DNA of 64,000 nucleotides. Source: Octopus vulgaris. Taxonomy: Eukaryota. The position numbers and the translations under genes were made by a program. The stretch lies in assembly GCA_951406725.2 (NCBI GenBank), contig OX597825.1:38254001-38318000 (forward strand), written 5' to 3'. Of the stretch, positions 41,746 through 56,579 are shown one piece after another. Under the pieces are notes generated by a model. That model did not search any database. It was given only the letters and a program-made list of their open reading frames with translations, and had not been told where the DNA came from. Positions within the stretch are counted from its first letter, which is position 1; the number at the start of each line of letters is the position of its first letter.

Positions 41746-44563
41746 ATATATATATATATAGTGTTTAAAAAAAAGCCCATTCAGTCATTAGTAACCATGG
41801 AATTGCACCTAGGGAGTTCCCCTCCGATGTACACAGGTTATTTACGGAAGACAAGTAGTCATCTATGCATATGAACCACACTTCTCCAGGCCACAGACGT
41901 TGCCCATACATATTTGAGAGATACGCTATGATAATCTGGGATTGGAGCACATAAAAAAAGTTGCAGAACAAAGGAAAAACGAAAACAAAACAGAAGAAAA
42001 CGTTATGTATAATATCGATGTGTCTTTCAAGTCAGTCATAACTTACGTAATGACCATATTCATACATATGATATGCGCATGATGCCACGTGTATGTTTCT
42101 TGCAGACTGTCCCGATGAAAATGATACACCAACTTAGGTTTACATTGTCAAGAGCATGATGGCAAATGCAAGTTTCCGGGCACTTTTTACGAATATATAT
42201 ATAATACGAATTTAAATGGTTAACGAGAACAGAGTGGAGAAGTGAGGAAAGGGATAGTGGAAGAGCGGGGAATAGCTCTAAATGTTGCTGACGTTCACCG
42301 ACGTTCCTTCTCTCTGGACTCTGTTTAATCGTATGTATATGTGTGTGGGGGGTGTCTGTGTATGCATGTGTGCGGGAGTGTGTGTGTGTTTCTGTGTATG
42401 AACACGCGTGTGAGTGTGTGTGCATGTGCGTGGTGTTGCGCGCGTTGTGCGTATATTTGTATATGTGTCAATAAAATGTGTCATTAAAACTGAACAACTA
42501 ACGTGACATTTTTAATCATCAATAATTAAAAATTAAGGTGATTCATTTCCCCTAGACTCAAATATTTCGATATTAATTGAGGGGAAATATCTCCTTATGA
42601 TATTCAAAACTTTTAGATTCGATTAAAAATTTTTGCAATACTGAAATATAGATGACTATTGTGTTGAAATGGAGAGGAATCACACAAATTTGTCTCTGTT
42701 CTCTGTAGATAATTTCACCTGAAGATTAATCTCTGAATATAAAATACCAACCATTGGTTATATACAGAGTCTATGAGTAAATGATCGCGTCCAGTGAATA
42801 TCTGCGGACATTGTATAAAAGCAATATAGAATTTAAATTTGATTATAGTATATAGAAAAATGGATGTTTTTCTGAATTCTTATTTTTCACTGGAATTATA
42901 AATGGATATATTGATACAATAAACAATATGTTTTTCTTAAAGTGCGGCTTGATATTAGACAAATTCAAGTAAACAACACGCGATTTTATACTTAGCAGAT
43001 ATTTTATGAAATATTTATTGGATCTTGATACTATGATTTATATAAAACTTCGAAGAACGACCATTTTACTTTTGTAGACCTTGCTACAAATGCCATCACA
43101 ATGGATATTTTACAATAGCTATTCTCTCCAAATGGTATTCAGCTTGGTTATCTTCCACAGATAGCACTATCGCTTTCGTACTTTCAATATTCACTTTTTA
43201 AACATAGCCTTAGGTGCTAACGACACCGTATTGAAACACTATCTTCATTCGTTATAATGATTTACTTTCCGTTACAGTTTATTAGAAATCAATAACACCC
43301 ACTTAGATAGCTAAACATAAAATCTGTTCGAGGTTAGCTACCAGTTTTATGATGGTGTCAATAGTACAAGCTATTATGTCTTTCGGCCATAATATGACTT
43401 AGTTGTAGGGGTAAGTGATACTTATAATGCTGAACACGTTTACAGACATTGTGTATTATTGACACTATACCATGCTACGTTAGATGGTTTTCAAACTTGT
43501 TAAAATTTTGGGCAATCTGTTTTCAGAACAACTATAGTAATTATAAGTTGTCATTTAGAAGTAGAAATTTTTCAAGGAAACCAGCGATATATTGAACCGT
43601 CCAAGAGGACATATTTTTTAACAAATGCCTCTTAATGAGAATGGCAGGCGGTTTTCTATTCTAAACTACACAGTGTACAACCTCTTATATAAATAACTTG
43701 CAATACTACATAAATTAGTAAAGTGACCTCACGATACATGATAATGTAATGGTGCATAACATCTGACTATTTAAGGGAAAGGTTAGTGTTTAAAATGTGC
43801 AAATTGTTTATATCGAAACTATTGTAAGAGCATTTCAATAGAAGACTGACTTCTGTATCTGTTACAGTTACGACTACCAAAAGTCATTTAAGCTTTTGCT
43901 TATACTTCTTCATTTTATCAGTTGCTTTCTATAATGCAAAACTGCGGATTTTGTGGAGTAGAAAGCAATTAAGATGTTAGATTAAAAGCATAAATGTGAA
44001 TGAATGCCGTGTATATCTCTTGTAGAATATATTAAGGAAACTATTATAATAAACTTTCGCCGAAAAAGTTTAAAATAAATATAATTCCCAGCCACATTAT
44101 TCTTGACAATAATAATTGCTTCCATTGACTGCTGGAATTCTATAATATTAATTTCGTAATTTTCTATGGAGACGTTAAATTAACGAAAACCTATCCATTT
44201 ATGAAAAAATATATATATAAATGACTCCTGAATGTCTGTAGTTTTTAAAATAAAATGTCTACTTCGGTATAATTTTGAAATGTGTACTTATAGTTACACA
44301 TTCAAGAATGTTCATTTGAGAAGTCTTGTCGATTGCGTGACTTAATTCCCTTATCTTCCCGCTGGTATATAATTCCTAAATTATGTGTATGGGATAAGTA
44401 AATTATCAATGAAATTTGCAATATGTATTTTTCACTCGAAATACAAAGAGCGCCCTTAATTAGTCGTCATATATCTTAGCCTCAGTAGGAACAGGGATAT
44501 ATCTTTATTCATGTGAAAGACATGCGTGGAAATACATATACATAAATACATCCATATATACAT

Positions 44564-44633
<70 letters not shown>

Positions 44634-45654
44634 GTATATATATATGTGTTGCATGTGTGCGTGCGTTTGCGTGCGTGCGTGCGTCAGTGTGTGTGTGTCT
44701 GTCTGTGCGTGCTTTCACGTTAAAATGGAAGACAACGTTTTGCTGTTCAAGATTTTCATACTTAAAACTCATTTGTTTCTCATAAATATTTTAAAATTCC
44801 ATTGGCCTGATGCGGAGAAATTTAGGCAAACTGTTTTTGAAATTCAATCGGTATAATAACTGGAAAAGCAAAATGTTTTAACGATAATTAACTACCTGAC
44901 AAACCCTCAAATATGCCTTTACTTTAGAAGTGAGTGGGAAAATTTTGTAATTGTCATATGAACGCATACGCATAAATGCATGTAAAATATCTACGCGCGC
45001 GTGTATTTAAGTGTGTTTGTGTATTTAAGTGTGTTTGTGTATTTATGTATAGGTATGGTGTCTGTATGTGGGTGTGTTACTATAAATATGTGTGTGCATG
45101 CTTATAACTGTTTATAAATATCATTAATATATTCACACATATGCTTTTCTCTGTATAACATACAATATACGAGGAAACCGCTTTGCTAAACGCAGCATAA
45201 TATTACATAATCGCCTATAAGATTCTTGCCACATGCTTTTTGAATAAAAGTTGTCCCCAATGATAAAATGATCAAAGCAACTCGCCACAAATTGCCAAAT
45301 GTTTTAGCAGAAAGACGCATGGATTTCTTTCTACTATCGTTGTTGATGAGAATTTGTATCACACAAATTACGTTTGTATATAAGGTAGCATCATATCCCT
45401 CACCAGAGTATTGGTAATCTCTTTATGTTTTAAAAAGGCGAATATCTTCTAGGTAATTTCCTGGTGTAAGAACGATCCAAGGATATCAGTATAAATGATC
45501 AGTTATACTGAATTACACTTTAAAGCATCCTGTATGCATAAAAAGTTATAGACGTGTATACATACATACATACTTACACATATATATATATATATGTAAA
45601 ATAATAGGCTGCAAAATAGGCCTTAGATCGTCTAACCACATACAATATTCTTCA

Positions 45655-46200
45655 CTATATATAAACAGCGTGTTGAAACGAAGGAGGGAAGCAAGCTAAA
45701 TTCGTTATTCTTGAATCAGATCGATTTGTGGATTAATCCAAATGGATTCTTCCTTCTTCAGCCAGTAACATGATTGCAATAAATGGCACACTTTCATATA
45801 CCCACAGAAAAAGCAGATGCTAAGTCATGAGAAGTTTTAAGCATCCCAAATATAGCGAAACAGACATTCTGTAGCAGGCCTCAGCACACTTGTAGATGGT
45901 CTGGAAAACTCACGTAAAGTTGTTACCAGTCTTGAAGTGAAAGGTAATAAATTTACTTCTAATATAATGATAATATTTTTCGAACAAAAACTTTCTCAGT
46001 GTCCTGTATATTTAGATACCTTTCAAGCTTAAAATTATAAACAATTATTATAAAGTGTTCCATTTATTCTAATGGTGTTTCTCGCCGAAGAAGAAAGAAT
46101 CCCCGTGGATTAATCGCGAAATCCGTCCATTTAGGGAATAACGAATTTTAAAAACTTCTCTTAGCTTGCTTTCCTCATTTCCACACTCTGTGTATTTATA
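45655..46200. repeat. Old inverted repeat pair (45655-45772 and 46075-46200), each arm with a hammerhead relic
   Basis: Minus arm: ctgaagaaggaagaatcc..ggattaatcc..aaatcgatc..gaataacgaatttagcttgcttccctc. Plus arm: ccgaagaagaaagaatcc..ggattaatcgcgaaatccgtc..gaataacgaattt..ttagcttgctttcctc. Confidence 0.7.
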
Positions 46201-46223
46201 ATAAAAAATACAAAATTTATATA

Positions 46224-46259
<36 letters not shown>

Positions 46260-46539
46260 TGTATGTATGTATGTATGTATGTGTGTGTGTAAATAATATA
46301 TAGGTAATATTTTGGAATTTTGGGTTAATGTATTGAGTAAGGCACTGTCACGATGCGGGCCACATGGTTTCGTCCGCAGTTAAGGGATATTTCCGTTCAA
46401 TTTACTTGATGAATTCCACAATGTTAGTTGAGATAATAATAATTGATTAAGTAACCAGAATATGGACTCGTCCTCTCTTCATACAAACTTCTTGTTCCGT
46501 TTCAAAGCTCTTCACTCCATCCTCGCACAGGGACCTCGG

Positions 46540-46803
46540 GTTTTTTGCCGAACCGCTAATTTACGGTGACGAAAACACAACACAAGCAGTGGTGAGAGAG
46601 AAACACAAACACAATGACACACAGCACACAAACATAAATAAATGCATTTATATATACGACAGTCTTCTTTCAGTTACTCTGTACCAAGTCCATTGACAAG
46701 GCTTTAGTCGGCCCGAAATCCTAGCAGAACACACCCAAGGTGCCACTCGATGGAACTTGACCAGGAGCTATGTGGTCGGGAAGCAAGCTTCCTACTTCAC
46801 AGT
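46540..46803 (-). mobile_element. SINE S1 copy, partial
   Basis: ttttgccgaaccgctaa..acaaggctttagtcggcccg..atgtggtcgggaagcaagcttc. Confidence 0.75.
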
Positions 46804-48043
46804 ATATATATTTATATGGATGCTTACACACACATGTACATTATTCTTCTCTTCTTTTTGAGATACTTGTACGTAATTATTATGTTTAGTTTAATGACGA
46901 AGAGTTTATGTTGCGCTGTTGCATACTCTGGTGTGCATAACATGGAGCCGTTTCTATCAACATTGATAATATGTAGGAAAATAACGCCGTTTCTGCAAAA
47001 TGATTTATGTTGAAAATTATTCAATGTGTATTTGAGAAATATGATGAGAAATACAGCATTGCGTACATCAGCTAAACAATCTGAGAATTATTTGTATAAA
47101 TATTACGAGGACCAGTGGCCAAAATAACATATCACTCTGTCAATATGTCTGCGAAATTTTACAATTATCTATTAAATAGTTTGTCAATGATGAAACTCGG
47201 CCATGGATTTAAGCTTTAATATGTTTCAGTTGATACTATCTGAGCATTTATGAATAATGGAATTATAGAGGCGCCATTCTATATAAGCTCCAAGTTTTAT
47301 GCAAATTGAGTATTACAAGAAATTATTATAAAATAATACAAAGAATATAATTGCAATCCAGTGCATCTTTCACTGAACACAGTGATGCGACTTTTCGTGA
47401 GAACATGATAACACGTGAATACTTTGGCGCCAGAAGTGATCCGAGTGAAAAAGCGATTTTGAAATTGATTATGAAATAATTGAAATGCGAAAAAGTTGAG
47501 ATTGTATTCAGAGTCAGTCATTGTTTTGATTATATGAAGACAACTATACTGATAAATACGGTGTATAATGTATAGGAAACCAATATCTATAATAATTTTC
47601 CTTTTCTGCATATTACTTCCAGTAGTAATTGTAGTGGTTTTAATTGAAACATATTAACACTAACTTAGCAATATTTTTTATCCCTCTTTTATACTTCCAT
47701 GAAACTGTGAATTAGAAACTGAATCACATTACCTTAATCGATACCCGAGTTTGAATTTCAGAGTCAACCCGTGATGCGCAATAAAAAGTGTACGGATAGC
47801 CACTGAAAATTTGAATGTCGGTAGTGATTTTAGAGAATATGAGTAATAGTAACGAAAGTTTTGAATGAATGCAAACATGACTATATATGTACAATCATGT
47901 GTAGATTTAGAATATTCCACTCACTAGACGGTAAGAATAAAATATTACTCATAACTTTATCAACAAGCTACACAAGAAGCTACACAAGAAGTATCGTTAT
48001 TAACGTACACTGACGAGTCCTAAGTCAATATGCCTTTCTGTTT

Positions 48044-48638
48044 AAGGCGGCGAGCTGGCAGAAACGTTAGCACGCCGGGCGAAATGCGTAGCCATATTTC
48101 GTCTGTCGTTACGTTGTGAGCTCAAATTCCACCGAGGTAGACTTTGCCTTTCATCCTTTCGGGGTCGATAAATTAAATACCAGGGGTCGATGTAATCGAC
48201 TTAATCCGTTTGTCTGTCCTTGTTTGTCCCCTCTATGTTTAGCCCCTTGTGGGTAATAAAGAAACAGGTATTTCGTCTTTACGTTCTTATTTCAAATTTT
48301 GCCTTTCTTCTTTTCGGTATCGATAAATTAAGTACCATTTGCATACTGGAGTCGATCTAACCGACTGCCCCCCTCCCCCAAAATTTCGAGTCTTGTGCCT
48401 AGGTACATCTTTCTGTTTATGGCGGTGAGATGGCAGAAATTTAGCACATCGGGCGAAATGCTTAGCGGTATTTCGGTTGTCTTTACGTTCTGAGTTCAAT
48501 TCCGCCGAGGTCAACTTTGCCTTTCATCCTTTCGGGGTCGATAAATTAAGTACCAGTTACGCACTGGGGTCGATCTAATGGACTGGCCCACTCCCCCAAA
48601 ATTTCGGGCCTTATGCCTAGATTAGAAATAAAATATAT
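48044..48638 (+). mobile_element. Tandem cluster of three S2 SINE units (48044-48265, about 48266-48402 partial, 48419-48638)
   Basis: Repeated tttgcctttc..ttcgg..tcgataaattaa.tacca core; ctttctgttt at 48034-48043, 48409-48418 and 48639-48648. Confidence 0.9.
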
Positions 48639-49930
48639 CTTTCTGTTTGAAATCTCTTGGTATGATTAAATTTGCATCCTGGCGTCCATCGAGCATTTGC
48701 ATGCAATAAATTTCATTGATTAAGCATGTATTTCGATTGGTATATGTACAGTGGTCGTTCTTTTAGACTTTAAGGGCTGACTGAATAAAGTGTAAAGCAA
48801 TTAAAACTATAAATTCCACAACGCTCTAATATCACTGATTTTCAAATCTTATCTCTAATAGTTTATCTTTAGTCTATGATTCTGAGAATTTATTCAGCTT
48901 ACGTCGACGGGAAAATTCTCTTAGGAGGTTGGTGTGTTTTCAACTAAAATAATGATGTATTTTTCTTTCTATTTACGACAAGACATATAAAATATACTTT
49001 AGGAGACCAATAACATTATATGTTGATAAAAATTTAATGAAAGCCGCGAAATCAAAGGGAAAGTCGAATTTAGTGTTGTTTTTTTTTCAGCAACATCATA
49101 CACTTTTAACGTTGAATACGCGTTCGCACACACACACGCACACACATTAACTGCACACATATGTATTATATGCATACATTATATGTATACACACATAGGG
49201 TAAATATCTCGTCTACAACCTGATGAAGGCATAAACCAAAAAAGTTAGTTACATAGAAAAGTTATCTATTGTAGATACGTAAAGTTCGTATGACATATAG
49301 TTTAGCTCTTCATCAGTAACATTTTTCAAGAAGTTTTCGCAGAATTACATTAAGTTCATTATTTCAAAGACTACGTTAGAAACATAAAACGGAATGTTAT
49401 CATCCTTTATACATGGATTCAAAGACATAAAATTTCAAATACTTAAGCGAGAGTTTAAGACGTTATGACATTTTCTGTAATCTATTCAAGTAATAAAGCC
49501 GTATGTTCAATGAAGAGAATTTGCAAACCTCCATTGGAGCGATGGCTGCTTGTCTGTATGGCCTGTATAACACAAAATTAATATCCTCATTAATAAAATA
49601 TTCGTTTAAATTAAAATGTGAAGAATTTCTTTCAGTTAAGATAATGGTTAAGTATCTTGTTTCTCTTTTATTTTCGCTTTGAGATAAAATGTTTTCCTCT
49701 TCGGCTGAGCATTTCTTAGAAGTTAATGAGAAAGTCATGGAAGGCTTACAAAACTTACATGTATATACGAACATACACATACACACACGTATACACACAC
49801 ACACACAATCATACACATACATACACACACAAACACGCACATACATACACACACAAACACACTCAAACACACACACAAACACACACAAGCACACACATAC
49901 ACAAATACACACTCAAACACACAGACATAA

Positions 49931-49965
<35 letters not shown>

Positions 49966-51638
49966 CTTTTGATGGTCCGGTATTAATATATGTTATGCAT
50001 TTTACATTAATAAAATGGTTTTCCCCATTTAGAACATCACCCCAAAAATTGGTAAAATTCTATATTCCCACACAAAAATACCAGAAACAAACAATCTGTC
50101 ATAGAATTTTCTTAAATTAGCTCCTACTGTTCAGTGTGTAGCACACAATATATACATATATATTTATTTTCCTAACCACCATGTTACGAAGCTATTCCGT
50201 TGAATATTTAATTTTACAGAATGCATCATCACTCGAATATATAACTTTAGCTCACACATTCATGTTGTTTATAAACACATATTTATCTTATGATAAAATA
50301 TAAATGAACTAAGTCAGTATTTCCGAAAGTATTAGGATTCATTCATTCTGTTCAGAAATAACACGACAATGCTTGAGTAAGCTATTGTATTAAAGACTGG
50401 GATTCTAAACACACAATCCTATTTCCAAGCGCAGTACATCTTGTAATGTATTACCAAACGTAATGTCTCTTATATGAACGTCACAGCATACTATTTAAGA
50501 AAGAGGCAGGTACTATTTTAAAATATTTCACGCAGGGTTTCCCCGAATTTTTGGCATCTAATATTGATGCATACTCTTTTGTTGAGCGGTACGATTTGGA
50601 TTCAGTAAAATAAAATACTTACATCGAAATTTACTTATCATTAAACGTGCGCCTGGGAAAATACATATGTACGTACGTATGTATGTATGTATATATACAT
50701 AGTGGCGGTACCCCACCATGGCCACAGCCACCTTAGGCTGGAACAAGTAAAAGAATAAAAAAATTCGTACATACATACACGCATGTATGTCTGTGCAGTA
50801 AGAATAGAAAACTATTTGGAAATAATATATCAAGGGATAAATAGAAGGCCTGCAGAGAGAACGGATGAGATAATGGATGGATAATGAGAGGGATTCACTG
50901 AAAGGAACGCAATATTCCATTAACGGTCAAGATTTAGCAGAAAGTGGTCGCTAGAGAAAGTAGAGAGTACCAAGCACATTGCCTAAAATCCAAAGGGAAA
51001 CACACAAACGCATGTGTGTTCATAGGAAAGGAGGCTTCTAGAGAGACACACATGTTCCGAATGAAAAAAAAAACGTAAGCGGATAAAAATGTGCGCTGCT
51101 GGAAATTCGGAAGCGATTTTATACAGAAGCTGCAAAAGACGTAGTAATCTCTAGAACATTTTATAATACACAATCAGATATCTCTAAAACTAGCTAACAA
51201 AGAGCATATGACTGAGAAGACCAATGAAAATGCAGCTAAATAATAGAACTTTCAAGCAAAAGTAGTCACTGAAATTCACTTTTATCATAACATAGCATCT
51301 GAACAATATCACTCGTAAGTAGCATTACTTACATTGCATCTAACCGAAATGTTTTCCTAAAACCTGTATTGCATTTGGTCATAATGATGCGTCTTGAGGT
51401 CTGATCCATGAAAGGGAAAAGAACGACAAAACCAATGACATTGGTAGTTATCATAAAGACTGAAATTACATATTCTCTCTGCTAGGATACAAAACTGATT
51501 TGAAAGTAGGGCATAGAGATTGTCAGCAACCGTGTTCGTTCTACTATTTAGATGCTCAACCGACCAAGGAATTCCTTTGGTAATGTGGAATATATTGTTC
51601 TGTCTGAAGACGCAAATTTTCTTCTCTCTCTCTCTCTC

Positions 51639-51672
<34 letters not shown>

Positions 51673-53366
51673 TATCTATTTATTATCTATGCATCTTTAT
51701 ACAATTCAGAAGATGATAAGTATCTTCCTGTCACCATTAGTATAAATAATAAGCACAATTTTCGATAATGTTATAGTGTTTTGAATACATTATTTTTAAG
51801 AATATTTCAACTGTGTAAGAACGAACATTACATAGCTGGTGTTTCATAATCGGTCAATACATACCACTGAAGGTGTCACTCTTCCAAATGGCTAAGATAG
51901 TTGGTTTATTCTGTCAATCTTATGATATACCCAGATATATCATATAATTAAAAACACTTTAGTTTATTTGTCACTAGGAAGCTCTATGGAGTAAAGTAGC
52001 TTTTGTTACACATGTTGGTTTTGTTCACAGAGTACGAAATATGTAAAAATTATTTCTTAACCTCATTGTTTAGGGAAAGTAAAGATTACATTTACACCTC
52101 AGCAAATCTGCATATTACGTAATATCTCATACTAATAATTCACATAGGCTAAAAATAAATGTTGCCTTTAAACTTTCAGGTGAAAATTTCTCTGCTAGAT
52201 ATCAGTATTATTGTGCATACACCCCATCTGATATAAAATGATATTACTATATATCGATCGGAATTAAAAGCGTGTCGATTGTAGAATAATATTTGCTTAT
52301 CTATGTGAAAAATAGCTTTTATATATAGTAGTTACAACTTGCTAAGTCGTAACACAAAATGGCAATTATAAAATACATGCCTAAGTCAGGAAGCACTAGG
52401 AATCAGTGTCTGTGGCCTTGCATTGGTGAGTTCACCAATGAAGACAAAGGCGAACGATAATGGTAATCATCAATCAAAATAAACATCACCAGCTTCAAAT
52501 TTCTATGGCTGTGTCATGTGAACGGCTTGCCATGCATTCTCAATATTATTCGATAATTACTGGGATGAGAAGAAATATAGCCTATTATTAGTTTGACAAA
52601 GATGCTACAAGAGTTCAAGAAAGTCTCCTTTATCAAAGATATCTCAAGTGAATATAATAATTTGGAGAGCAAAATTGGAATAAGCGAGAGATAAGAAGAT
52701 AAACTTTGAACGAAATTAATATTTCGCTTCGAATATACTTAGAAATATGGGAAAGTTTAAATAATTATCATTTACTGCGTGTGTGCAGCAGTATGATGAA
52801 CCAATACTATATAGCCTATACAATAGTTTGATAGTCTAGTGATAGTGTAGGGAATATAAAGCTTAACTGATTTTAATTTGCTGTGACAAAGCGTATTTTA
52901 TTTATTTTATTTTTTGCTATATATATTTAAGTTATCTATATTTGTGGGTCGCCTTTTTCTTCTTGTCTTCTTAGGAAAATAGAAATTACTAGGAGGAGTG
53001 GGTTCCCAGTACATTCACTCCCGCCCCTTTCAATCAGCTCTTACGCCACGCATGGAATACAGTTACTGCATTCTACCGACCACACCCAACCACCAGTTGC
53101 AAAGTGGTTTTGCTAGTTTACCCATTGCTGGGACCCTTACCGGTACTGCTACTGTCGGTTTGTGAATATGAATGGAATGAGTAAACTTTGGTTGTCAGAT
53201 GTGTTGGAGTGAGAGAGTCAAGAGAGTATATAAATGATTGGAAAACTTGGAAAGTGTTTATGGACGGATAAATGAATTTGATGTTGCTCAAAGACGTATG
53301 GAACAAGCACGATACGGCGGGGGTAAACCAGCATATGCTGTCGGTGCCCACGACTGATTATTGGGG

Positions 53367-53418
<52 letters not shown>

Positions 53419-54429
53419 ATGTATGTATATATCTATGAATTTAGACATATATATGTATGTTTCTATGTATGCATGTGTACATATATATAGGTATTTGTGT
53501 ACGAGCGTGTATATGCGTGCATGTGTTGACGTTCGCAAACCATAGGGAACGGACTGAATAGAAATTTTTGAACACTTCTGACTCTAAGAACTTATTGATG
53601 CGTTTCTCTCCTATAGGGATTCAGAGGAAATGAGCAAGCAAATCTCGGCTTGCATATGTAAAGAACATTCTGTGCAGACCCTGCTAAAGTGATGTAGCAT
53701 GTCACGTTTTTCCTATTTATTTCATGTTCCTTTGCCAATTTTGGATCTACATTTAATACAACTTCCAGGAGGTTCACGGTCGGTTACTGTCGTGTCTATC
53801 AAAGTCAAAATCAGTGTATGTGCTACCTTGAAATCTCACCTCATCACGATCTGGTTACAGAACATCATAAAACTTGTAAGGCGTCAGTGCTTTTGTTTCC
53901 TACGAAGAATTTATCATAATCAACGCAACAACGGTTACAAATGATTAGAATCTCACAGTAGGTATTCCAGACGGCGTAGAAAGAATATTGTTTTGCAGCT
54001 AATAAAGAATTTAAATCACTTTTTCAATCAAGTATTTGGAGCTTAATATGTACGCGTGCGGTGTGTGTATGTGTGGGTATTCAAGCATGTGTATGTGTGT
54101 GTGTGTGTATTGCGTGCAATTGTTTGTGCCCATGCGTGTCTGTATATATAGGTGATCTGATGCAGTACGAGGACGACTTCGTAGCCGAAAGGATTTCTGA
54201 CTTTGCTCTGAAGTTATTGATGCGTCGATAATGAAACGTGCAAGTCTAAGCTAAAACAGTATAAGGTTGGCACTAATGTTCGGTAAACTTTCGATTGGTG
54301 ACAGTTTTATGCATCGTTGATCACACCATCAATGGAGTGCATTCTCATATATACACACATATATATATAAAGATACAGATACACACATACATATAAACGT
54401 ACATACATACATACATATATATACATGTA

Positions 54430-54519
<90 letters not shown>

Positions 54520-55479
54520 GGAACATACATAGACATACACATTTAACTATCAATGCGTGCATTTGTGCGCATATAAATCCATCTTACAAGTTACAATTTG
54601 GTAACAGGTGAACCAACTCTTTAATGGCATTTTCGAAACACCTTTCTCGGATTAAATAAGAATATTGTTGCTAACTATAATCGAGAATGAGAGAACTGTC
54701 GTTTCCTAAGATTGGTTTCAAATATACTTAAAATTTGCTCAACGAAACTACTTCTAAACTTCTCTTAGCAATTTCTGAAACAATCTCTAAGAACTCAATC
54801 ATATTCCTTGTCTTCTTTCAATAATGTTACTTATACAAGTGACAATTAAGAAGTATTTAAACAACAACATTGGAGGCACCACTCTGTTAGTTAATAATAT
54901 TGTTAATATAAAATCAAAGCAAGGCGTGAGCGACTTTTTCTCAAACGGATTTATCCAACTAATATTTTACCTTCCAGAGAAAGTATTTCCTGATTAAGGA
55001 TTAACTAGAGTATACAAGTTAAATAAGATTGCTGAATTTTTATGTTGTAAAGATTTTGTTTTTCCATTTCGCTCTAACTTTCGAAAACGATGGCTACATA
55101 TGGGCATAAATATTGTCATATAGGTCCTTCATAGATCTTGGAGGTAATATATCTTTGTTGTTGTTGTCGTTGTTATTGTTGTTGTTATTATTAGACCTGG
55201 ATGCTTGCATGCCTTCTTGATTTTTATTCTAAAATTTAATTGGTGTCTCCATAAGTTAATTGCTTACTTTCTTACAAAACGCTCTTTAAAACATCACCAT
55301 TGCATAAGTCCGATTTGTTTATTTGTGTGTAATTAGCGTGAGTAATTTCGAAAGAAAATTTTCAGTTTATCTTGGAGAAATAAGTTTATAAACGGATATA
55401 GCAACGCAATCTTTTTAAAACACACGGAAGAGGAAGTAAGAGGTAGCGTAGATAGTTAGATATAAGACGTCTGAAAACA

Positions 55480-56520
55480 CTCCGTTTTTTCGCTTCAAAT
55501 GGATGGCGGCGCTGATTGGTGGCGGGAATATGCCCTAGCTAGTAATGTGCAGACATGCGCTGAGGCTGCGATATGTTCAGTTTTTCCTTAAAGGTGAGCA
55601 GGTGTGGTCGACAATCACCAGGCAGGATATTCCGCAGCTCGTCTCATTTGACGGATCTACGTTGTTGGGTTAAGCGTAGACCGATAAAAAGCGATGAGCT
55701 CCGAGGAAATTGCACATTAGAGTTCTATAGACTTTTGTTATGGCCTTGAGCGACAACGTTCTCAGTGAAACATTGGGTGTCCCGAGGGCTCAATGAGCTG
55801 GTCATTTGTTTTTCTGGAGGACTTTTGGGCCGGAGCCTATGGACAATTTCCAGAAAATCCCCGGCCTAGCAGTGCCATTAGTTAACTCTATTAGTTTGAG
55901 ATGGTCTCCTCAGGCACGGAATGAGATGTGCACAGTGCGATGAAACCGTTTTGCATTCGTTCAGCCAGTGTCCGGGTATTGCTGGCTTGTGAAGCTTTGT
56001 CGGACAGCTGTTGACTCATATTGGACGGATCCGGCTACCAACCAGGTCCATCGTGGTATTCGCCCGTACGCTTTGTTTTAGCCGGGAAGAGAAGGCAGCT
56101 CTCCTCTGCCTGGTGCCTCTGGCGAACGTGGTAGTGTGGTAGAAGGGGTTGAAAGGACAGAATGCAGTTAGTTTACTCTTGCCAACCCCTCATCGACTTT
56201 TCCATGTTGATCTTGCAAATGAAATGGAAGATGGGGTGGGAAGTACTCTCGCACCACTGTTTTCGCTGAAAAGTGGGTGAAAGTGGCGAAGATGACCTAG
56301 GTGGATGGGTATATTCTTATCATACGCTTGTAAACCAGGGGAACAGAGGAGAGAAGCACCTGCTGAGATGCCTCAGGTGGTCGAGGTAACCAGGTTCGTC
56401 GTTTGTAATTGGGTGGGACTCAACGTTTCCTTTGGGAGAATTTTATTGTTCATTGTTCTTGCGCCCAGCTCCACTTGGCCTTTCTTTTGTGTTTTCCTTT
56501 TTTTGTTTTGATTGGCCCTT
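55480..56520 (+). pseudogene. Tx1/L1-type LINE ORF2 C-terminal (zf-RVT region) and 3' UTR remnant
   Basis: GC-rich island with broken motifs MDNFQK, DETVLHSF/VQPVS (ETVLHALVQCP-like), EEKAALLCLVPLANVVVW and F..KWVKVA. Confidence 0.7.
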
Positions 56521-56579
56521 GAGGCCAATAAGTATATAAAATCATCATGATGATCATCATCATCACGTAAAGTGTTTCT

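Noticed and set aside
42090-42150. Possible micro-exon after ttcttgcag
   Set aside because: Weak donor, no recognisable domain and no partner exons.
48010-48030. CUGACGA-GUCC, a classic HHR 5' half
   Set aside because: No GGAC-GAAA partner downstream, even after removing the SINE cluster by eye.
50790-51150. Purine-rich, possibly RTE-derived fragment
   Set aside because: Motifs too decayed to call by eye.
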